64,000 nucleotides of DNA from Spirochaetia bacterium (GTDB lineage Bacteria; Spirochaetota; Spirochaetia; WTKD01; G963693115): positions 224,001-288,000 of the forward strand of contig CBDDCA010000005.1 of the NCBI GenBank assembly GCA_965226055.1, read 5' to 3'. Positions 49,048-57,900 of this stretch are shown one piece after another. Numbering within the stretch: position 1 is the first letter of the stretch; each line of letters starts with the position of its first letter. The notes under the pieces are model-generated. The model was not told the DNA's origin and did no database searches. It was given only the letters and a program-made list of their open reading frames with translations. The position numbers and the translations under genes were made by a program.

Positions 49048-49857
49048 ATGAAAAAAAACACCAATAGCAAAAATATAAAAAAAAGAAAAAATAAAGCTAC
49101 TCTCAAAAAAAGAAAAAAAACAATTCAACTAATATTGATTATTGTTCTTGTTACTATTGTGCTTACCTTGCTTATAAGCGAATATATGCGCAACATGTTA
49201 CAAAATAGCAGCAATAACAATACGACTCACTCTACTCAACCCAAAAAAAAAGAAATAGCAAAAGAAACAGCAAAAGAAAGCACAACAGAAAATGAAGAAA
49301 AAGACGAAATAGCAGATACAGAGATATATACTCAAGACACATTGGAGAAAACACAGCGACAAAAAGACACAACAGAAAAAACAACAAGCACTCAAGAGCC
49401 AGAATCAGAAACTATGGAAACGTCTGTTTACTTTATTAAAATAGTAGGAGAAACACAACTGCAACCAATACAGTATACACGATCAATTCCCTTTACTCTT
49501 TCAGTATTAACAGCTACTTTAGAACAGCTGTTATTAGGCCCCAATAATGATGAAAAGAACACAGGAGCAAAAAGTTTCATTCCTACCCAGACAAACATAA
49601 GAAATATATACATCGAAAATAATACAGTGTTTTTAGATTTAAGTGACGAATTTCAGTTTAATCCCTTTGGTCGTCTGGGAGTGTTAGCTCAATTATTTCA
49701 AATAGTATATACTTGCACCGAATTTCAAACTATTGATACTGTACAGATACTTGTAGAAGGAAAAAAACAACGCTTTCTTTCAGGTGATTCAGGATCTATT
49801 TCTATAGACAGACCATTAAGTAGAACTATACTACTTGAATATGCAGAAAATATTTAG
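49048..49857 (+). CDS. GerMN-domain membrane-anchored protein
   Basis: Basic N-terminus, TM, acidic linker, LLLGPN..EK...SFIP...DLS...QIVYTCTEF...VQILVEG. Confidence 0.8.
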   Translation: MKKNTNSKNIKKRKNKATLKKRKKTIQLILIIVLVTIVLTLLISEYMRNMLQNSSNNNTTHSTQPKKKEIAKETAKESTTENEEKDEIADTEIYTQDTLEKTQRQKDTTEKTTSTQEPESETMETSVYFIKIVGETQLQPIQYTRSIPFTLSVLTATLEQLLLGPNNDEKNTGAKSFIPTQTNIRNIYIENNTVFLDLSDEFQFNPFGRLGVLAQLFQIVYTCTEFQTIDTVQILVEGKKQRFLSGDSGSISIDRPLSRTILLEYAENI

Positions 49858-49882
49858 TATATATGTATATCATATACCAATA

Positions 49883-50854
49883 TTAACTACTCTCTTCTAC
49901 TGCTTGCATACTCATCTTTTTATAATACAACTCAATAGTTTCGTCATGAATGTCTTGCTTACTGTTATGAATTTCAAAAAAAAATTCTTGGTTACCGCTA
50001 CTTCCTTTTAGTTTTGAAGGAATAACAGTATGCACATAAACATTTTCCTTATACAGCTCCAATAAAACAGCATATACAATATCAGTAAGATGCTTCTTGT
50101 TTTTAATTATTCCATTAAAAGGAATTTCTGTTATAACACTATCAATTCGCTTTTTCTTAAAAAAAGAAAGTTCAAACTGTGGCTTACATAATGCTACTAT
50201 GTACATATCGCGAAGCAATGGTAATATATAATACAGAAAATGTAACAAAGAACGAAAAGAAACATCTACTACTGCAGCATGTGGTTTTCCATATGTAAAA
50301 CTATCTTCCCTTAACGACAATACATTCGTACGTTCCATAAGAGTAATGTTTTTATTTCTCTTGAGTAAAAAATCAAATTGGTTATACCCAACATCAACGG
50401 CATATACATGGCTAGCCCCTGCTTGTAAAAGACAATCAGTAAAGCCTCCTGTAGATGCCCCACAATCAATCCATATCTTATCTTTTACTGTGTAGGATAT
50501 CTTATCAAGAACTCCTTTTAATTTATCTCCTCCCCTTGACACAAATGTATTCGTTTGTACATATATAACAAACATATTTGCACATACCGTATATTTATGT
50601 TTACGTACAATTTCAATAGTGTTGTTCAAAAAAAAATCTTCTTCTAAAAGTATCTTTTTTTGAGTCATAGGTACATGATTACGAAAGGAAGGAGCTTTAC
50701 ATACTGCTATTTCACCACAAAAGATATGCGATAAAAGTGTATCTTTATGTGATGGAAGATCAAAATAAAATGCTTTAGATTGCAAAAAAGAAAGGAGTGT
50801 ATCATTACGGGTAACATACACTCCTATCCCTGATTTTCTCTGATACATATTCAT
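49883..50854 (-). CDS. tlyA: TlyA-family rRNA methyltransferase
   Basis: FVSRGGDKL, DCGASTGGFTDCLLQ, VDVG, DVSF, KPQFE, GNQEF. Confidence 0.88.
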   Translation of the reverse strand: MNMYQRKSGIGVYVTRNDTLLSFLQSKAFYFDLPSHKDTLLSHIFCGEIAVCKAPSFRNHVPMTQKKILLEEDFFLNNTIEIVRKHKYTVCANMFVIYVQTNTFVSRGGDKLKGVLDKISYTVKDKIWIDCGASTGGFTDCLLQAGASHVYAVDVGYNQFDFLLKRNKNITLMERTNVLSLREDSFTYGKPHAAVVDVSFRSLLHFLYYILPLLRDMYIVALCKPQFELSFFKKKRIDSVITEIPFNGIIKNKKHLTDIVYAVLLELYKENVYVHTVIPSKLKGSSGNQEFFFEIHNSKQDIHDETIELYYKKMSMQAVEESS

Positions 50855-50922
50855 TACACTACTGTAAGGAGACCTACTATGCTCCTCACACTCACTAGGT
50901 AATATACATATAACTATTTCTC

Positions 50923-52455
50923 TTAACGAGCGTACTCAATAATTCTCGTCTGCCGAATAGCAGTTATCTTTACCCGTCCTGGATATTTTAACTCTTCTTC
51001 AATATTTTTACATATGGTACGAGCTATATCCTGTACCTGTGAATCTGACGCTTCTTCGCTATTGATGATGACACGCACTTCTCTTCCTGCATGCACTGCG
51101 TATGCGTGCTTCACTCCTTTAACAGAATTTGCTACTTTCTCTAACTTAATGAGACGTTCAATATAATTTTCTAACGTATCCCTTCTTGCCCCTGGTCGTG
51201 CAGCAGACATAGAATCTGCTATCTGCACTATTACTGACTCGATACAATTATGAGGAACATCACCATGATGTGCTGCTATTGCATTGATAACCTCAGGCGG
51301 CTCATTTATACGCTTTGCAAGCTCTACCCCCAGCTCAACATGAGTAAAATCACTATTTGAATCTATAGCTTTCCCTATATCGTGCAACAGCCCCCCTCGT
51401 TTTGCAAGGTTAGCATCTGCTCCAAGCTCCTTAGCTATCATACCAGAGAGTACTGCTACTTCTTGTGAATGACTGAGAATATTTTGTCCATAACTTGTAC
51501 GAAACTTAAGTTTTCCTATAGTTCGTAACCCATCAACATGCATGCTTCCTTGAATACCTAACTCTAAAAATACCCTTTCTCCCTCATCGTATACTACCTT
51601 ATTGATATTTTGGGTAACCTTTTCAACTTCTTCTTCTATTCTTGCAGGATGTATTCTTCCGTCTTTAATAAGGTTATTTAGCGTTTGTATGGCAATAGCT
51701 CTTCTATAAGGGTTAAAACAAGAAACTACCACTGCATCAGGAGTATCATCTATAATGATGTCTGCTCCAATCAAAGTCTCAATAACCCTAATATTTCTCC
51801 CTTCTCTCCCAATAATTCTCCCTTTCATCTCTTCATTTGGAAGTACAACAACAGAAGTAGTAATTTCTGAGCTTACTTCAGAAGCAATTCTTTGAGCTGC
51901 TTGAATTAAAATATTCTTCGCTTTTTTCTCTGCATCCTGTAGGGCATCCTGCTCTATACGATGTACAATATCCTTAATCTCTTGCCTGACCCTTGTTTCT
52001 GCTTGTTCAATAACACGTTTCTGAGCTTCTTCCAGTGTTAGCCGAGCAATAGACTCAAGTTGCTTATCAAGAGTATGTCTGATATTCTTTGTTTCTGCGT
52101 GTAGCTTATCTAGCTCTATCTCCCTATCTTTGACTTTTATTTGTTGTGTCTCCAAATCCGATTGCTTTACAGCAAGCTGATCCTCTTTCTTTTGCAAGCG
52201 ATTATCAACCTGATTAAGTTCTCTATGCCTTTCTCGAAAAGATTTTTCTTGTTCTCTTTTCTCCTTTTCAAGAAGCTCGCGTGTTTCATAAATTAAATCT
52301 TTCTTTTGCTGCTTAGCATCATTCTCTGCAGAAGCAAGAAGCCTTTTTGCATTTTGCTCCGCAGAAGTAAGCTTAATTTTTGCATAAAACCAACGTATAG
52401 TCCAACCAAATAAAAACCCAAATACAGGAAGAATAACATATAGTATATATTGCAT
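50923..52455 (-). CDS. rny: Ribonuclease Y
   Basis: N-terminal TM, coiled coil, KH domain (KGRIIGREGRNIR), HD domain (LLHDIGK). Confidence 0.97.
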   Translation of the reverse strand: MQYILYVILPVFGFLFGWTIRWFYAKIKLTSAEQNAKRLLASAENDAKQQKKDLIYETRELLEKEKREQEKSFRERHRELNQVDNRLQKKEDQLAVKQSDLETQQIKVKDREIELDKLHAETKNIRHTLDKQLESIARLTLEEAQKRVIEQAETRVRQEIKDIVHRIEQDALQDAEKKAKNILIQAAQRIASEVSSEITTSVVVLPNEEMKGRIIGREGRNIRVIETLIGADIIIDDTPDAVVVSCFNPYRRAIAIQTLNNLIKDGRIHPARIEEEVEKVTQNINKVVYDEGERVFLELGIQGSMHVDGLRTIGKLKFRTSYGQNILSHSQEVAVLSGMIAKELGADANLAKRGGLLHDIGKAIDSNSDFTHVELGVELAKRINEPPEVINAIAAHHGDVPHNCIESVIVQIADSMSAARPGARRDTLENYIERLIKLEKVANSVKGVKHAYAVHAGREVRVIINSEEASDSQVQDIARTICKNIEEELKYPGRVKITAIRQTRIIEYAR

Positions 52456-52627
52456 ATATTTCTTCCTTTACTTATTTTAATACTTAATAATTTATTATAC
52501 CATTTTATAAGTATTATTGCAAACAGAAATACAAAGATTTTTGCAGATTTAAGGAGTAAAGTGTTTAACAAAGTTTTGGTTGTTCAATACAGTATATATA
52601 GTAATAGTACAAGTAAGGAGAGAAAAA

Positions 52628-52953
52628 ATGCATAATTATCCAACAAACATAGAGAGATTAGTGATAATAGTAGCACCTTATACTCTTTAATATATGGCTT
52701 TATTAGTGGTGTTTGTAGAAAAAAAATTTCTGATATTAAAGCTCACCATATTTCTAGTATTATATCTTTTTTGTTATCCATTTATTTATTTTCTAAAGTA
52801 TTATCATACTTCTTCACTTTTTTAGATGGGTTAGTATTTCTAATTGGAAATTTCATGTTAGTATCCAAGCAGAAGTATGTGCTACAATATCACTTACACA
52901 CAATAGGCGAAAAAGATTTAAAAAATCCTAAAAAAATTAGATTCTGGAAATAA
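52628..52953 (+). pseudogene. Frameshifted small membrane-protein gene
   Basis: AAGGAG RBS plus ATG 52628 stops after 20 codons, but the adjacent frame is open from 52636 to 52953 (LSNKHRE...IRFWK). Restoring one base near codon 3 joins them. Confidence 0.45.
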
Positions 52954-52970
52954 TTTGATATAATATATAT

Positions 52971-53612
52971 ATGGGAGCAGAAAAATATAAAGAATTTGAA
53001 GAAATTTGGGATAACTTAAATAAGGCAGAGTTAGCATCTGATAAGATAGAATTTGCCTGGAAGAGTACAATAGAATCTAATAATAATATAGAAACAAAAT
53101 TAGATAGGAATAATTCAAAGGCTACAGTGCTATTAACAATTTCTATAGCATTACTAGGACTCATATTACCTATACTAATAGGCATAATATTTGAAAGCGA
53201 AAAAATAATACCTATATTAAACAGTATCCTTATCAATATAGATTGGTTGAAGCCACAAGTAGCGTTAGGAATATTTGAATTATTTCTATCATTTTCCTCT
53301 ACCTGTTTCTTCTTTTCTAGTATGTTCTTTATGAGGTTATTAACAGAGAGTGTTATGAATAAAGATATTTTGAGACTATCTCCTGCAGTTTTTTTTAGCA
53401 ATATCCCGTATGATGACAGCATAAAAACAAAAATAAGATTAATACCAACATTGGAAATGATAGCATATAAAAAGTATCAAACCTTGTTAAGTAATCGTAT
53501 AAAATTTCTAATGGGATCATCAATATTACAGATAGGATTTATATTTTTTGCCATATTGCTGATAATAGTAGGATATATTATATCTAGTTATTATCTATAT
53601 CTAGATCTATAA
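52971..53612 (+). CDS. Membrane protein resembling the Pycsar effector family (DUF5706/PycTM)
   Basis: NNSKATVLL-TM1, TM2, AVFFSNI, IAYKKYQTL-TM3 follow the family pattern. Confidence 0.55.
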   Translation: MGAEKYKEFEEIWDNLNKAELASDKIEFAWKSTIESNNNIETKLDRNNSKATVLLTISIALLGLILPILIGIIFESEKIIPILNSILINIDWLKPQVALGIFELFLSFSSTCFFFSSMFFMRLLTESVMNKDILRLSPAVFFSNIPYDDSIKTKIRLIPTLEMIAYKKYQTLLSNRIKFLMGSSILQIGFIFFAILLIIVGYIISSYYLYLDL

Positions 53613-53963
53613 TATATTTTTGTATGAATTACTATTAGGTTCTATTTTTTCTATTGGTGGCCATAGTATAATTAGTATAAGTAGTATTGTAGATACTATT
53701 ATAGATACTATAGATACTATTGGAGATGCTGCTATAATGATGATTGCAGAGGCTACTATAGATAATGCTATAGATAGTATTATACGCATAAAAAATTTCT
53801 TCTTTGAAAATATATATTCATCTTGCATATCTAGGTAGTCAATAATATCATAAGAGGTGTCATGAGGAACATTTTTTGTTTGTAATGTTGTTTTTGTATT
53901 TTGCTCTCTCCTCTTTTCCATATTCTTATAATAACATATTTTATATTTTTTTTCTTTAGTCAA
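53607..53963 (-). CDS. Small hypothetical membrane protein
   Basis: Two Ile/Ser-rich TM segments. Start uncertain (TTG 53963 or ATG 53921). Confidence 0.45.
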   Translation of the reverse strand: MTKEKKYKICYYKNMEKRREQNTKTTLQTKNVPHDTSYDIIDYLDMQDEYIFSKKKFFMRIILSIALSIVASAIIIIAASPIVSIVSIIVSTILLILIILWPPIEKIEPNSNSYKNIL

Positions 53964-53965
53964 TC

Positions 53966-54027
53966 CACGAGTTCAAGGAGTTCAAGGATTAAATGCGACA
54001 AAGGAGCAAAAAAAGAGCAAGAAATAA
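53966..54027. repeat. Dispersed junction element
   Basis: CACGAGTTCAAGGAGTTCAAGGATTAAATGCGACAAAGGAGCAAAAAAAGAGCAAGAAATAAA, with an internal 9-bp tandem duplication. Confidence 0.55.
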
Positions 54028-54037
54028 ACATATAAAC

Positions 54038-54661
54038 TTACTTTATTGGTATACTTTCTATAGGAACAACCCTTTCATTAATTGGCACACCTCTCACTCG
54101 TTTCACCAAATACTCTTTAAGTCCATCAAAAAAGGTAGTATCAAAAATAGGCATTGTATCGGATGTATTTTTTGCCCTACCTTTATATTGTATAGAATCT
54201 CCTGTTACTTTTACATCCACCCTAATAGTATCACTTGCTTTCTCTGGATAATACATAAGTATTTCATACACATAAGCAGCACGCCTCTCTAAAAACTCAG
54301 GAACAAATGGATAATCAATATAATCTTTTGCTTTATACTCCCCTACTACAAAAAAAGTACGCATTGTTTTTAATACATTTCCTGTACTTTCAAACTCTGC
54401 TTTTATGAAAGAATCATTAATAGCTGAATTGGTAAGATACTCATGTATATATTGATATACTACCTCACTAGATACCCCTTCAATCTCAATATGGTTATAT
54501 ACAGTAGATTCTGTAAGCAATGGGCTAATATCCTTGTATACTTCTCGAAATATCAAAAATACAATAACTAGAGCAAATATAGAAAAAATAGGAAAAGCTA
54601 TCAAAAAGTAAACTATATGTACCATTTTTTCAAAAATTGGTGTTTTGCTTTTACTTTCCAT
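54038..54661 (-). CDS. Membrane-anchored hypothetical protein (possibly DUF4468-like)
   Basis: AAGGAG RBS, N-terminal TM, IEIEGVSSEVVYQYIHEYL pattern. Confidence 0.6.
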   Translation of the reverse strand: MESKSKTPIFEKMVHIVYFLIAFPIFSIFALVIVFLIFREVYKDISPLLTESTVYNHIEIEGVSSEVVYQYIHEYLTNSAINDSFIKAEFESTGNVLKTMRTFFVVGEYKAKDYIDYPFVPEFLERRAAYVYEILMYYPEKASDTIRVDVKVTGDSIQYKGRAKNTSDTMPIFDTTFFDGLKEYLVKRVRGVPINERVVPIESIPIK

Positions 54662-54845
54662 AAAAATACTCCTTTTATTATTATCGGAAATTCAAATTAC
54701 TAACCAAATAGTACTGAAAAAATAAAAAAACCCATACATATATCCTAATAATAAGAAACACAAAAAAGGAGATTGTATGAGCTATATTCATATATCATAG
54801 CATGAACGCAAAGAAATAGCACACATACTTAAGTGCAAAAGCTAG

Positions 54846-54889
54846 CTCAAGCATTACATGTGACAAAGGAGAAAATAAAGAGCAAGAAA
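54846..54889. repeat. Dispersed junction element fused to the L3 terminator
   Basis: CTCAAGCATTACATGTGACAAAGGAGAAAATAAAGAGCAAGAAA aligns to 53981-54024. Confidence 0.55.
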
Positions 54890-54908
54890 GGAAAAGCTCC
54901 TTTCTTGC
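54882..54908. terminator. Hairpin downstream of L3, related to the L1/L2 hairpins
   Basis: GCAAGAAAGGA-aaagc-TCCTTTCTTGC. Confidence 0.7.
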
Positions 54909-54934
54909 CATAAGCTGTTTCTATAGGCACGCTA

Positions 54935-57900
54935 CTATGAGGGACATGAACCACCAACCCTTGGGTATTTGTGGCCATCTCCTTGCATAGCTGAACCTGT
55001 AAACATAGTACTACTGAGCTTACCTGAACGAAGGCTACATAAATTCCATGATGATAAATCTTGATCAAACTTCAAAGCATCCTCAAATACAGATTGAGCA
55101 ATAGAAACACTCGTCACGTTCCATTTTCCTATATCTTGATTAAAAGCACTTGCTCCACTAAACATAGAAGTCATATAAGTAAGATTGCTCACATCCCATT
55201 CTTTTATGTCTTGATTAAAAGCTTTTGCGTGAAAAAACATAAAGCCCATTTCAGTAACCGCACTCACATTCCAATCTCCTATGTCTTGATTAAAAGCATT
55301 TGTTAAAACAAACACATTAGACATATCAGTTACTTTGCCAACATCCCAATCTCCTATGTCTTGATTAAAAACACTTGCTTTCCTAAACATACTATCCATA
55401 CTCTCTACATTACTCATATTCCACCGTGTTATGTCTCCATTAAAAGTACTATCACTATCAAATAAACTTTCCATATCAGTAATAGCACTGGTATCTATCA
55501 TGTTGAGGTTGGGGCTAGGGTTGTTGTTTCCTCCTGAACCTTGCCTTGTCTTTTCTTCGCTGATAATAGTTTGTAGTGCTTTCTTTGTTGTTGGTCTGTA
55601 ATAGGCTTCTGCTTTTCCTGATGGTGCTGTTCTTATATCTGTCCGTATAACGATAGTGGCGGGTACTTTTTTCTTTGATGCAGTAAGGGTACACTGTGCT
55701 ACATCATAGCTATACTCAGTAATAGCTGTGTCTCGTATATTGGACTTATTTGCTATGCCTGTTATGGTAACTGTTTTGCTACTCTGATCAAATGATACTG
55801 CTAGCCCTGTCTCTTTTTTGATTTTCTCTGCATCTGCCTCTAGTATGTTTGCATCACAGGTAAAGGCAGAGTTACTAGTAAGTACTCTTGTAGTATTTGA
55901 TGCGAGTGCTGTGCCTACTGTTGCTGATACTATGCTAGTGTTTCCTATAGATATTCCTCTTGCTTCAAACTCGTGGCGTTCTCCTACTGATGCTTTTGTG
56001 TCATCGGTGCTGTTTACTGCTTGCACTACTATTTCGTAGGTCGTTCCGTTTGTCAAGTTTGTCAGGGTAGTGTTGGTTGTTCCTGCTGCTATGTTTTTTG
56101 TTGCTGTATTAGCATTTGCTTTTATCTGTGCTACACTTCGCGTTGTATCACCACTCTTGGCAATGCTGTATACTTTGTACGATACTTGTGCTGTTGTTAG
56201 GGTAGCTCCTTTGTTTGTTTTGTGGCTTGCACTGAGGCTAGGGGCTGTCCACGATACTCTCATGCCTGTTTGGGCTACTCTTGTTTGTATGCTTGATACT
56301 TCTGCGGGGGCTGTCGCTTGCGATGCGGTCGTTACGCTTGCCACTGACGATGCTACTTTCTTGCTTGTATCTGTTTTTACTGCTACTTCTACCACAAAGT
56401 AGTATTTTGTCGCTCCTTTTATTGCTACTACTGGTGCTGTGTCTGATGACAAGCCTAAACTGGCAAGGGCTGGTACTGTGTACACTCCGCTACTTGCACT
56501 GCCTAGGTTTACTTTTCTGCCTGCAAGTACTTCTGCTACTGTTGGAGTTGTAGCTTTCTGTAAGCCATATACTGTGTATACTAGCTGATTGCTTGCTGTT
56601 ATGTTTGTGCCATCGTAGTCTTTTGCTCCTGTAAATGTGCTTAGCTCGGTAAGTACCAGCTTTATTGTTCCTGCTGTGTTTGTTGACGGTGATACTACCA
56701 GCTTTCCTGTGAGTAATGACTGGCTGGGTGCTACTGCTCTGGAAGTATAGATTTCCTTTATTTCTGTTACATCGGTGTAAAAGCCTGCAGGAAAGAGCTT
56801 GTCGCTATTGGATGCATCGTAATTGGGTGATGTCGTGTTTACTATCCTTACTCCTATGTAGTAGTCTTTTGCTGTTTCTATGGGCGTTGCTCCTGCATTG
56901 CTTCCACTGGTACTGTCTACTATTGCTATGGATATTGTGTCTTGAGTTGTTCCTGTTGCTTTTGTGTATTTTGCTACTCTTGTACTGGTTTTCTCTGTTG
57001 CCCATAGTGCTGATACACTGGCAGGCTTTCCAGTGGTATCTTCTTTCTTGAGGTATAGCACATAGTAGGCAAGATCTGTCGCTTCAAGGGCATTGCCGTT
57101 TGCCTTGCTCACTCCTGCTATAGCTGAGGCATTTACTTGCACTGTTATTACTTTTTTCCCGCTGTTACTTCCTGTTGTAGGCACTGCAAATACTACTGCA
57201 TTACTGTTAGTGTAGGTCGTTACTTTTGGTGTGCTTGGGGGAGCAGTAAGGGTTGCTTTCTTTATTGTTGCTGATGTTCCTATGCTATACGATGGATTGA
57301 GGCTGTTTATTGCTTCTACTCCTGCGGTATAGTCTGCTCCTTTCGTTCCTATAAATCTTACTTGTAAGGTACTGTCTCCTGCTATATTCTGTGTTTGTAC
57401 TCCTGCAAGTCCTTTTATTGCCTCTAGTGTTTTTGTGCTGTGGTCTCCTTCTGCTATGTATACTTTGTACTGTATTTGTGCCTGTGTGAGTTTGCTTCCA
57501 CTGGGTGCTTTGTTAGTATCAGTAATGTCTCCTGCACTAAATGTATAGACTGCTGTTGCGGTTGTTTGGGTTACTGACTCTACAGAGAGCTTTGCATCTT
57601 TGGGAGCAGGCGGTGCTGTTGAGGTACTATCATATACTGCCACAGTATCAGCAAGAGTAGTTACAGGGCTTACTATGTTATTTGCTATTGTCAAAAAGGT
57701 AAAGCGATAATTCTTGGCATTTGCTTGTACCTTAGGTACTTCCAAGCCATCTGCTATCCCAAAAGTAATGACTGTTACACTTGCTGTTATGCTTTTTTCT
57801 GCTACCAGTGTAGCTCCATCGTACATACGCAAAGTGTAGTAGCTTCCTATGCCTGGAGCTTGCTTAAAGGTTGCTTTTATTTGTATTGCTCCCGTTGTGT

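Noticed and set aside
53685-53785. TAGATACTA-type short repeats as a regulatory array
   Set aside because: They are explained by Ser/Ile-rich TM coding on the minus strand
52600-54900. Integron cassette array
   Set aside because: No integrase is present, the genes have mixed orientation, and the junction elements do not show attC R''/R' structure
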